This document shows positions 13,401 through 25,664 of a stretch of DNA of 63,782 nucleotides, one piece after another (the first letter of the stretch is position 1; the number at the start of each line of letters is the position of its first letter). The notes under the pieces were generated by a model, which saw only the letters and a list, made by a program, of their open reading frames with translations, ran no database searches and was not told the DNA's origin. Source of the DNA: Stylophora pistillata (taxonomy: Eukaryota); contig NW_019218399.1 in the NCBI RefSeq assembly GCF_002571385.2, positions 42,337 through 106,118 of the forward strand, in the 5' to 3' direction. The translations under genes were made by a program, and so were the position numbers.

Positions 13401-16400
13401 AGTTAAACAAACTGATTATTTACGAGCCAATGGTCGATTCAGTTATCCTTTTTCCTCCACGATTTATCCAGACATATGTCAGTAGTTTGGCAAACATTGT
13501 TAAATGGAGAGGGGCAGTGACTGAAAACATGGTGACGGTGATCACATTACGTTAAAAAATAATAGTGATGATAACGAAGTTATGAGGATGACGAGATTTT
13601 TGGCGACGACATAGGTTAAGACTAGTGCATAGCTTCAAAACCAAGCCGCGACAACTTCATTTGTATTCGTTTTTTCGCCGCAAGAGTTCCCACAGATTGA
13701 ATTTTTGCAACTTGTTTCGCGCAAAAATACCATCGCCTCATAAGCACAAATATCTTCGAAACATTCTCTGTGTTCCACAAAGCGAATATTTGCTTTGAGT
13801 TTTCTTCCCGTCGTGTTGCTACAAGTGTAGTGACAACTACAAGCAATCGTGGTACTTGTGACTAAAATTAACCCTCTCATTTTATTTCACCTCAGATTGT
13901 AAAAGGCCGCGTGAAGTTCGTATCAGCAAAGTTATCTCCTGAAGGTCACACGTTAGAGCCCTCTCCGAACTATGACTGCCACGTGTCAAGAAACACAGCT
14001 TGTTCCTCTGTGACAGACTTGACCGCACTCATGCGAAGCACTCAGGTATTTTAGCCCTTACAAACCACCGCGATGAAGATTATATGATAATAAATGTTTG
14101 TGCAGATTACGGAAATAAGTTGAGTGCATGTTTAAGTATGTAGAACTGAGCGTTGCTTTAAGGATGTTAGTTAAGGAGAAACTCTCTGTGTCACCGTGGT
14201 ACTCTTCTAACTGCGTGATAAAGAAATCTGTATGACTGGGTATGTACACAAAAGCAGGGCACCATCACTTGCTTTTCTGTTACCTTCGTTATAAAATCGC
14301 GTTGAAGTTAACAACTCCGCCGAAATGGAGATTGAAGAATCCTCATTTAGTGTCGTCAGTAAACGTACTGTTTCGCTTTATTTCGATCCGTAATTAGTCT
14401 TGACAACTCCTGCTATCCTCTCGCGGTATTCGAAGCTAAAATTACGACATTGTCGCTCCTATACTCTCTCATGGCTCAAGAAGATCCCTTGACTTTGATT
14501 GCAGTCGTTACGTGCTCCTGGTATCATTTCTTTTGTTATCCTCATTATTCCTTAAGGTAACCTTGGTATTGGTTTCACGAAGCTCAATCGAAATATGCTT
14601 CCATGTCGATTATACCATTATATTTCTAGTATTACCTCTATGAATATGATGACGAAGGACTACCGTCGAAGCGCCCGCGACACTGCCTCCCGTTTGCCGT
14701 CATTGCTCTACACAGAAGCGAGGAAATGGCGAGCCTATTAAAATCACCTGTCTGTTTAGAGAATGTAGCTAGCGCTGTTAAAGATTCTACACTACCAATT
14801 GAGGTAGGGACGCTCAATTCCCATGTTAATTGTTCTTCAATAGTGGAGGTTTGAGGTTTGCGTTTTGAGTCCATTTATTTTTGTTTTTTTATTTTGCCTT
14901 TTCTGTATGCTTTTGTTTATTTATTTTATTACTGCCTTATGCTATCGATGTGTTTTCCAGGCTATTTATACTTGGTCGTCAAAGTGTTACATTCCATTTA
15001 AAAAATCGCTTTTGAAATCGGCCTTCCTACTAAAAATGTCCGTTTTTTCGTCATTTTCAAAGGCTCAGGAATAGTCCTTATACTTTCTCAAACTTCCTAT
15101 TTTTTAAGCTTAAATTAATGATAAACCCTTGCTCTTCAAAAACCTGCTCTTGGGCTCCTCGCTTATTGCTTTTAGCTATTGGGAAAGCGAGTTTTATCAA
15201 CGCTGCTTCGCTAGTGTCGGTCCTTTCTTCTCTTATTTTGGGCTTTTCAAGGCGCGCCGGGTTGCATTCAAATATCCCGCTTCAGTGATCATGAATAATT
15301 GATGATGTCCAGGCATTCTGCGCGATGCATTTTCTTTTTTTTTTCTTCTATTAACCTTATTAGGATTGCACTAGTAAATTTAATAGGTATTTGCGTAGAT
15401 TATGAACCGTAATTTTACACCATAGGATCTCACCCCGTTTTTTAATGAGGAAGACGGCATTCTTGCGTGGAGAGGCCTTGTAACATGTAAGGACAAAAAA
15501 CTAGGATGCGTATCACTGCTAGCGGGACATAAATTGGGAATCAACTTTTGGTGAGTGAGCCCTGTAGCCTTGAAAAATGATGAATTCTCTTAAGTTTTCT
15601 CCTTTTTTCCGTTTTGTTTTACCTTTTCTTGTTATTTTTTGTTGTTGTTGTTGTTGTTGTTTTTTTTTCGACGGAGTTTCCCTTTGACTCAACTTAAACG
15701 TCAGCTGGTGTTGTGAGCGCCCTCAAACATTTTCCTCGGTTTTCTCGTGATTTTCGCACTTCGGGGTTTGTTTAAATTCGGTTACTTTGCATTACTTAAA
15801 GAGCTTCCTTTTCCATCGCAGGAAATCGTATCTGGATGTCTCCACAAAAATTCTTTTTAAACAGTTAGGTGCGTTGCTGCCAGGGGACGTGAAAAGTGCA
15901 TGGAGATCGCCTCGTAAGTTTTCAAATTATTCAAATCTAGTTCTTAGTACCTAGCCTCTCTGGCGAAGGGTTTATCAAAGCTACATCACGGTATTTTAAT
16001 TCATCCTGTTTACCATCGTGGTATCTGAGTTCTATGGTCCTCGCTGCATAAGAATTAGTATCCTTAAAAATATGATTTGAGTGGAGAATTAAGTGTGGGG
16101 TGTATATGACATTAAGAAACACAACAACTTAAGGAAAGCCAAGCCGCGTTAAAAGACCACATTAGCACTTACTGTACATCGCACAAAGATGTCCAGCATT
16201 ATGCCAGCAGTTATGTGACCTTGGTCACACACAGCGCCGCATAGTGCAGTTTGTTTTGCTCCAGATCAATATATATTGGCTTAACCAGGTTTTTCCGGGG
16301 CAAAACACTGGCAACCCTTTACCTTTTGGTAGAATACATGTAAAATTAGATGAGTCTTCCTATCCTGATGTGGTGCATGATAAATAGAAAGGAAGCTGGG

Positions 16401-19400
16401 TGTAGGAGTTGTTTACTTCGATTCACGGTAATTAGGTTAAGCTATACCACCTACTACAATCCTATTTTGCTTTTTCTCCTTAAAATGTTAAAGATTTTCT
16501 TCTTACCAAAATGGGAAGTGTGGGCAAAAATAACCACATTTCACATTTTGATTTGAACAAAATCTTCATAGTTGATTACAGGAACTATGTGCTTAGTCTT
16601 TGCACGATGAGGGTGGCATCTAGGCAGCAAAGTGAAACATTCACCAGCTTTACAAGACACCTGGCCATTAAAGCCAAGGCGGTGAGTTTTTTGTCAGATA
16701 GAAGTAAAATTTAAGCGTTCAGAAAAGGGGCCACGGGAACTAACGTATATGCCATCTCAACCCAAAACTGAAAACATCGCCAATAAATATATGCGGTCAA
16801 GCGCTCACAATAAGTCAGCGGTCAACATAAAATTAGCTTACAAAATGGCGTCATATTTTACATTGGAACTGTATGGAAAGGACAGAAATCTCGAGAATAC
16901 AGACATGTAATAAACGCAGCTCATTTGCCTGACCAGTATGCCATTACATGAAACAATGTGGTCTCATTGTTTGAAAAAATCTGGTTGTAATTTTTACGTT
17001 ACACCTGTCCTTTCTACAACCCATAAAAACGAGGCTGAACCGCGCGTAATCCCTCGTGTTTCCTGAAAAATCCCTGAAACACCCAGTAATCACACACTCA
17101 TAACTAAGCGTTAGTTACATGTATTTCATTTGCCGGACCGGATCTACATAGTCTAATTATTTCCCATGTGTACACCGAAATATCAAGCGGAAAAAGAAAA
17201 GTTCACCTTTCTCTTTTTCCATCAAAAACCCTTGAAAGTAGCTCAGCTCCGCTTCCATCCTCCATCTGACGTGAACCCCTCCGCTGCGCGAGCGATGTGA
17301 ATCCTAAACTATTTTCTTATGCCTGAAAGATCAGGGAAGGTAAACATGTCTGGTACCAAAATTTGCCTTAAAAATTCATTTGTCGGATCCCGCAGTTTGG
17401 TTTGGAACGGATGCGAAGGAGTTCATTTGGCCAGCAGCTAAACCTTTCAACATTTTATTTCCGGTGAAATGTTGCGGAAAAATCTACTGAACAAGTGTAG
17501 CGTTTTGCAATTTTATTCATCACTTTCCGGAAAAATCAAATATAAATTGATTTGTTTTACCATCTTATTGGTTATGATTTGAAAGGGGTTTGTGATGTCA
17601 CATGTTCTTTATAAGTTGGATGTCGAGAAATTGAAGCGGTTAAACATAGTTCAGTTAGACTAGGTACGTACTAAGTCGCCGGAGTGAAAAAGCTCTCAGT
17701 TTGTGACATCAGCTTATCATTTGACAACGTCCTTCTTTTGCGCCTGGAAGAAAACAGATCCTATTTTACGATGATAACTTAGTCTCAGTTTTCTCCCAAC
17801 AGGCTGGCGTTTTGTGCATTGATCCTTCCACGACAATGTTCCTCGTTCCATCGGGAAAACTGGCTGTACGTCTTGGTAAGAGTTTCCTAGGAGTAAGATG
17901 TAAGCGTGTGATCTATTCTACACTTGGCCTATCTAAAACACTCCTATTACAATGCCAAGCGATTGCGTGACGACGCTTGTACACTGATTATGAAGCACTT
18001 CTATTTTCGTATCGATTCATTTATTTATTTGTTTGTTTATTAACTTCTCCACTACAAAGTATGGCAGGGGAACCGCAACAGAGGGTAGCCAATTACTGCG
18101 GGACCTGCGCAAGTTGTTTTTTCCATTGCTAACAGTAAACGCTCTCTTCATTGTAGGATTTTGCGCAGTAGCGGAGCCACTTAGGATGTTTTGCATCGTG
18201 TGCCGTCGTCAATCCCCGTTTCCACCATCCGTCTGTCCGCTCACTCCCCCAACAGTCAGCCGCTCCGCCCAGTCATCACCAAGTACTCCTGTTTGGCCTC
18301 CTGTCTCCATTTTAAGACCGGCATCTTTAGATTTTAACGTACGACACAAATCAAAAATTGTAGTATCCTCGCCGAGCAATAGTCTTAGACACTCGCATCC
18401 TCGTCACATCGCTAAGCGATCCTTGTCATTTTCACACAGTCCCGTTAGGAATGACAGCAAGAGTCTGCAACGAACGTCGAGGAGTGCCAGTTCTTCTGGT
18501 ACTGTCGCTTTTCAGGGAGACATCGCAATGGACTCCACAATGTCATCAGACTTTTCTAACGATAATGTCATGTCCACGACTGAAGAAGATTGTTTGAAGA
18601 ATCAATCGCGTATGCCAGATGCCGATTCAAAGGGGAATGAAATAAACTCAGCCAATTCTCTGAAAGGGCGCTCTTGTAATAGTCTAGACGTAGAGCATCT
18701 TGAGAGTAATCCAGAGTACTCAACGGTCTCGTGTGCATCCTTTGATACCGTGAAAAGCTCTAAGCCTAAGTTAGCTGTATTAAACCTTTCTCGTTTAAAG
18801 ACTTTGAGAAGGCTTCGTAATGTTTCGACGAATGCTCAAAATGGTAATTCAGAGTCAATAATCCAGTCAAACGGTTCGACAAATAGTAAATCCTCAAGAA
18901 CACCAAATGAACGGCCCCACACACCAACAACAAGTACAAATTTCTTTCCTTTTTGGCCTGACTCACCGCTGGTGTTATTTCCCGATCGGGAAAGGATTCC
19001 ATTTCTCTCTGATACACCTGTGAAAACAATTCAAGCCGAGGATACGAGAGAAGCGATTTCGGAGAGTCCTAGAGAGGATTTTAGAACCGATCTGTCAAAG
19101 CCAGGTGGTGAATCATTTAAAGCAGCATGAGGAGGTCAGACGCGAGGTGAAAAAGCTGATTCCAATTCGACAACTTCAGTGGAAAGGCCTTTTAATTCAT
19201 TGGAAGATGAATATCGTAATAGCTCAAGCTTTTGTGTGAAGAATTGGAACTTTAACTCGTCATACCTGAATGACAAAGCCATCTTGCACACCTTGAGCAA
19301 AGCAGCATCCCGAGAAGGATTCTTAAAACTCCAGAGATCAACGCACGTTGAAACCTCGGATTTCTGTAATATCGAGGCCTTCCCTCAGTTTGTCAACTTG

Positions 19401-22400
19401 GAAGATGTGAACGACTTGAAGAAAAGAGAAACCCGTGCAGAAATGCCGCATCCCCACGATGATAATCAGGCTATTCAGCCAACGGAAGTAGACCTCAGGT
19501 GCTCTTCTAATGAAGAGCCCACGGAGAATGCATGTAAAGGAACCAAGAGTACAGAGATCCCTCAGGTGCACGATGATCTTCATGCTATCAATGCAGATGT
19601 GCTCAAGTCTTCGCAGTTAGCACCTTACGATTCATCGTCAAGACAATCAAAGTACGTTGAGAATGCTGCTTATGGAAGCCCACTGCCTACTCAAAGCTTG
19701 AGATTACATAGAACTGTTAACGAACACGTGCCCAAAGCTTTCACAAGTTTTCTGAATCCAACTGGCGGAGCTGAGTGCACTTCAAAACTAATGATTACAT
19801 CGACCTCAAAGAAACCGTCGTCTAACATCGTTGGTCAAAGGAGCCTTTGCCAAAAATTCACCAGAAATGAGAATCGTAAAGCAACTGAGAAGCAGTGTTG
19901 TGTGTTTGCCACTGACTTGGAACAACTATGTACCACGGTAGACTCCGAGAAAGGCACCAGGCAAAGTTCAACTGAAGTATTAACTGAGGTAATGGATAGT
20001 TTTGATGGTTTTGATACTAGTTTGTTGACGGCAAGGGAAAAGGATGCTTGTTTGGATGGAGTCATTTGTTTTGAAAGTGGTAATCCGGGAAAACATGAAA
20101 TTCTCCAGATAAGTGGTAAACGCGAGGAGGAAGTAATGGTAAAGAATCCCAAAAACAGTGCTGGAACGAAATTTTGAAATAGGAAACGGCCATACCTTTG
20201 TTTACCACAGCGATATTCGAAAAATATTGTGAGCGAAAATCTTGAACTGAATTCCGACTCGCCGTTGAAATCTCCTAAACTGTCGGTGGTCCAGTGCAAA
20301 CAGCGGCAAAACTCCTTCACAGACACGCCTAACTATCTTGAAAATTACGATTTGGGTGTTGTCAAAGAGAGAGGAAGTCAATGTGCCTCGATGACTCTAT
20401 CGAGGTCTTCACCTCCTAACTGGACGGGAAAAGGTAATGAAGCGCCTAATGATGACGTAGGAATTGTAGTGTTAGAAGGTAACTCCTGCAGTAGAGGAAA
20501 GTGCGATGTTCAGCCTTTCAAAATGAATGAAAAGAGTGACTCTAAACCATCAGCCTTTAGATGCATGGTTAAAGAAAAGGTTGTAGATTTCCACGAAGAT
20601 ACGGGAGCACAACTAGGTGGTGTTATTGAAACATCTTTGCTTCATGACGGGGGATTACAAAAGGCTTCTAAAGGTCGGTCAAGTAATTTCAAAAAGGAAA
20701 GTTATTCCTCGCATGTTGAAGAAAATGGATGCGTTCGAGTTTGTGATGTAGATTCTGAACTTGACAAGCCGCATCACCCTACTGATATCTGGTCAGCGAT
20801 TGACACTGAATTTGCAGAACCAGTCACAGTAATTTGCTCACCACCGAGTTCGGTAGAAACGTTCACTATGAAATTTCCAGGAAACGTCGCTTCTGAAGAC
20901 GACTTAGCTGAAGAATTCACCAAGGAAATTAGAACTACAGAAGAAGAAACTCTACTATTGGAAAAAAGATTGCAAGGGGTGTTTAGTGAGCCGTTAGTCG
21001 TGAATTGCTCCCATGTTGATTCGGAAATAGTTGGGTCGCCAGGAGTTAGATGTCCAAACAAAGCAGCCAGTTCAAAAGGAAATTTAGCATTGTCCGGTTC
21101 TGGAAGTATGGAGGCTTTTAAGCAGGTGGTCCCAGTGGCCTCCGTTTCTGAAACGGCGGATGAGGAACTACAAACGGGTCAATTACCGGAAATTTTTGGA
21201 TCCTTTCCCGAGGCTTCTGAGATGTTTGTGGACTCGAGTCCGAAAGAACCCCACTTTACAGAGACTAATACGATACTTGGGCGATCAAACAAATGTTCAG
21301 AGCCAGCAGCGTCCCTGAGTATGAAACTGTCAAACGAAGAGATCGCAATCCAATCAAAGAAATCAAGGGTATCTAACAGTCTGGCATCACCACGACAGAG
21401 AAATAATGAATGGTTAGGAACTTCTCTTAAGGGAGTAAACTGTCCATTTAAGGACCTTCACACTAAGTCGTGTTCTTTGATTAAAGCCGTAGACAACACT
21501 ACATCCCAGACTACTGAGGGTCGTTGTAACGAGGTAAAGGTTAAGTTTGCGACAGAAACACAGCCATCAAGGAAGCGAAGGCAGGAGGCACAGGGAGGAA
21601 GAGAAATGAAAACTAAAAGTCGACAAGGAAAATTTGTATGTATAGCTCAATGGAAAGGGAAAGAGGAAGTTGAAACAGAAAATTGCCAAGATAAATCAAC
21701 ATGTTCAGCACGTTCTCAGGGAGATGACACACCTCATAGAAACGACTTAGCTTCTCAAGGAACAGTCAATTGTATTAGTAACCTGCCTTGCTTTAGGGAA
21801 TTCGAAGGGCAAAGAAAAGAACAACAAACTGACGACTCGATTAAGCGATTGCCATCCAAGCAAGCGCAGAACAGTTGGATACACGCAACGAATGCAGACG
21901 AAAGAGTGGATTTGATACATGGAGGGAATGCATGCGTAACATTAATACACAAGGCCAGGATAGAAGCGAAAAACACGGCAGATGAGGGGAAGAAGAAATC
22001 TGTAACCTTTGTTTCAACTCCGATCAAGAAAAGACGGGATCAAGATTTGATTAAGGAAAAAAGGGAACAAAGATCAAATTTTAACTGTTCATCATGTCAC
22101 CTACACGCGAAAAAAGAGAGGCTTCCTGTAAACTTAGAAGATAAATTACGGTCAAGCAAGAATGAGTCACCTAAGGCTAAAGTGGTAATAGGGCAAAAAC
22201 CAGTGACCCCTAACCGTATGCAACAAGAAGCGTCCCCGAAGAACCCAATCGCAAATGACCTGAAGAACTCACCTTTGAGTGATAACAAACAGCTAACATA
22301 TACTTTAGATACAGTAAAAACATGTGGATTTAATAGTCCAAAAACAGGGAGAAGTGGCAGCCAGACCGTACCCAGTGGAGAAAAGAGCGCCTCAAACCCC

Positions 22401-23225
22401 GTAGGAACAAGAGATATCAGTTTGAAGTCTGCTGAGCGGAATGCTTTTACGGCGAAGCATCTAAAACAGGATAAGATCACTAAGCCTACAGAATTATTGA
22501 ATTCTACCTTAAGTCACCTGAACTTCTCAAAAAAGCTTGAAATCATTGTGCAACTTGATACGAACAAGGATTGTTGTTCTGACAAAAGACGTAACAAGGA
22601 TCTCCATGGTAGGATTGAGTCCTTAGGAGACATCAACGATGTGGACAGAGATATTCTCGCCTACAACAGGACAATAACTGGGAAGAAGAAAATCGTACCG
22701 GAGTTAGAAAAGGCCTCCAAACAAAGGAAATCGAGCCGCAGACCACCATTAAGTTACATTGGAGGATGCCAGGATCTTGAATCAAAAGCTCCCGATAAGG
22801 TTTTTGTACCAATCTTCTCGGAAGACAATCGTCTAATCGGACATTACACCGAAAGAAGTCATCGCGACCATAACCGAGACCTGGATAAAAATGATGCTCT
22901 TATGAATCATGCTGACCATGCGTACCCTTATCCACGTAGGGTTCCACCAATACAACCTGTACATTCCTCCTTCCAAAACAGGGAGATCAAAGTTCTGCCT
23001 CAATTTATGCCAGACGCGTCGAACCAGTACCCACAGAGAGGCATTACAAACCCGACCAGATTTCAATTTGTTTACCCCAGATTTCCAAACTATAGTAGAC
23101 CTGCGTTTGTTCGTGGTATGTACCAGGCGCACCCCTTGTTATCTCCAGCTCCTACATTATCAGGCCCCTGGTCGTCCCCAGGAAATGCGTATCAAGTACG
23201 TAACACCCCGATTCGTCCAAGATGA
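10410..23225 (+). CDS. TASOR: TASOR/TEX15-family protein (DUF3715 pseudo-PARP + SPOC-like domain + long disordered tail); 9 coding exons; last exon carries two in-frame TGA
   Basis: Exons 10410-10485, 12708-13111, 13896-14045, 14630-14803, 15426-15550, 15822-15913, 16572-16681, 17803-17875, 18157-19130 (frame continues to 23225); all GT-AG with compatible phases. DUF3715 motifs: YTIPRK, NLVLEREYHEKRASMRDEGRLPKELS, LGDGYMGV, VFKIVKGRVK, EPSPNYDCHVS, TQYYLYEY, RPRHCLPFAVI. SPOC-like: LAWRGLV...LDVSTKI...FTRHLAIKAKAAGVL...MFLVPS. 725 aa to the first stop, about 2090 codons to the last. Confidence 0.85.
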
Positions 23226-24643
23226 GAAGGGGGAAGCACCATTTGCAGGCGTGTCAAAGAATTCAAAGAACTAGAGTCATGGTTGTATACCAAGTGAAAG
23301 TGGAGAGTTTGAGTTTTGCATATGATGGGATTTTTTCTGAGAAGAATAGCAACCTATAGCACTTGTTCCTTCTGCTACAATGGTGAACTTTCAAAAAGTA
23401 AAAATTTATGGAATTTTATACCGTATTGTTTCTAATAGAATTACAACCTTGAGCTCTTTGAACATAAAAGGAATTGCGAAGAGGAAAGACATTTCTCTTT
23501 AGAGATTCACTAAATATCGATCTCTTATAGGGACAAAAAATAAATGTTGGGAAGAAAAAAACACTTAAGTATTGTACAAGTCATGTAAAATACACGTTCG
23601 TGGAAATGACGAACGGGGCAGTATGGTTTACTTTTTTTCTTTGTAACTTTCAGAGTCGCTTTCTCTTGGATTACATTCCTTAGTATTCCTCCACATTGAG
23701 TATCAAGTAATTCCAGTCAATGTATTTCTCAAGTAAAACTGTTTGAAATTTTAATATGGAGTGGAAGCTCATCGTGATGAAAGTTTTGTTACCTTTACAC
23801 TCTTTCCGCGATTTTGTCCTTGTTGGTTTCTTTAAAAAAAACATTTCGCAGTTGGCGCCTTTGTGGGCGTTGGATGAAGGGTTTGAAGGCGGAGGAGCCG
23901 CGAAAACTAATGCTGTCGCTAAGCGTGTTTGCCCCTGAATTGAAGCAGGATGTTCCTCAGTCTCCTCGTCTTTATTCCCTTAACGGTTTCACTGGACACA
24001 AAGTCACCACTTGTGAAAGCTTAGTAAAAAGTTGTCGCTTTTTCGATTATAAAAAAGGAAGTAGTTCTGAAAAAAGTATACTTTATTATTGCGTGATTAA
24101 AAAAAAACACATAGCAGAGTTTATGTTTTGTTTAGTTTTGTTGTCTATGCCATTTCTAGCTGTTTTCAGAAGCTTCCAAGATAGAAGAGAGGATTATACG
24201 TTGGGCCTAATTGCCGCACGAAAATAATGCATTAAGGTTATCCAAATATGTAATGCGTAGAGGATCCTGTATGGAAATAGATTACGGGATTTAAAATGTA
24301 ACTCAGTTAATACGGGGATTTATTTGGGAGGTAACAATTCTTTTCGAAGACTCCCATACACTCCAAATTTTCCAGAAGAAGCCTCATTCGACCTTATTGA
24401 GTTCCATACACAAAGGATATTTTTACATATTCTAGGCCGCCTCTGGGTACATTTTAAAAGATATCAGAGAAGTTTCATATCGACCTGATTGAAGTATCGA
24501 ACTTCCTTGGCGAGTGATTATGCTTGCTTCTAAAAAGACTAATTAGGTAAATCAGATTAATGTTGTCGAGGAAGTTGACCATTTTCTTAAGCGTTGATTC
24601 TGCTCTCACTGTCTATATGTGTCATCAAGCTTTACTGATAAAC

Positions 24644-24757
24644 ACTGTTAAGTATGTATGATGCGCGATCCTCGCAGTAGATAGCGCTATCTATGCAATA
24701 GCGAAAAATCAGACCTGAAAAAAATATATGAACTTCATATATTCATTGTAACTGTTA
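24644..24757. mobile_element. Short SINE-like insertion, same family as 57820-57969
   Basis: gatcctcgcagta...gcaatagcgaaa...atatatgaacttcatatattca, flanked by ACTGTTA direct repeats (24644-24650, 24751-24757). Confidence 0.5.
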
Positions 24758-24790
24758 GGTATACAAGGTAGCACTCATAGTGCACTTCTA

Positions 24791-25664
24791 TCACAATATA
24801 ATTTGGATATATCAACAAAGTTGAAGTGGTAAATTGGCCACCGCAACGATTACAAAAGCTGACGTTTCGAGCGTTAGCCCTTCGTCGGAGCGAATAGAGG
24901 AATTGTGGGTTGTGTGTGCTTTTAAAGGCAGAAAATGGAGCTACGTTATTGGTGGGAACATGGCAACGAGAAAAACAAGAATAAATTAGTGGAATGAAAA
25001 GCGTTCGTTGATCCCTGTGGGATTTAGACTGCCGGTTTGAAAGATGAGCTTTTGTTCAAGATTTTTACGGCTTTCCGTGCTACCTAAGTGTAAGGAAAGA
25101 CCGCAGATTGCCATATGTTGCTTAGAATGATTAGGTAAATTAAAATGTCTAGCGACTGGTTTCGATGTGTCCTTGTCATTCCTTTCCACGTCTCGAAGGT
25201 GTTCTCGGAATCGGTCACCTAGTCTTCTGCCTTTTTCGCCGATGCATATCTTTTTTTTACCTAATCATTCTAAGCAACAAATGGCAATCTGCGGTCTTTC
25301 CTTACACTTAGGTAGCACGGAAAGCCGTAAAAATCTTGAACAAAAGCTCATCTTTCAAACCGGCAGTCTAAATCCTACAGGGATCAACGAACGCTTTTCA
25401 TTCCACTAATTTATTCTTGTTTTTCTCGTTGCCATGTTTCCAATAACGTAGCTCCATTCTCTGCCTTTAAAAGCACACAAAACCCACAATTCCTCTATTC
25501 GCTTCGACGAAGGGAAAACGCTCGAAACGTCAGCTTTTGTAGTCGTTACGGTGGCCAATTTACCACTTCAACTTTGTTGATATATCCAAATTATTTCGTT
25601 ACTCCCACCGACGCGGCCCCAAACAGTCTCTCGAAACTATCAGCCTTTATTCTTTCACAATATA
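24791..25664. mobile_element. Penelope-like retroelement remnant, fold-back (inverted) GIY-YIG C-terminus + pLTR
   Basis: Inverted arms 24798-25139 and 25256-25594. Minus strand encodes CIGEKGRRLGDRFREHLRDVERNDKDTSKPVARHFN...EQKLIFQTGSLNPTGINERFSF, the PLE GIY-YIG end. TCACAATATA direct repeats at 24791-24800 and 25655-25664. Confidence 0.9.
24858..24890 (-). ncRNA. Minimal hammerhead ribozyme motif of a PLE pLTR
   Basis: Minus strand CCGACGA-AGGGC-UAAC-GCUC-GAAAC-GUC matches the PLE-type core, with a U4-to-C variant. A mutated + strand copy is at 25503-25534. Confidence 0.6.

Noticed and set aside
19128-20177. Selenocysteine or programmed readthrough at the two TGAs
   Set aside because: No redox motif, no UGA-CUA context, and no SECIS recognisable by eye; kept only as a minor alternative.
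18766-23274. Antisense and alternative-frame ORFs within the giant exon
   Set aside because: Shadows of the long coding frame with no recognisable domains.
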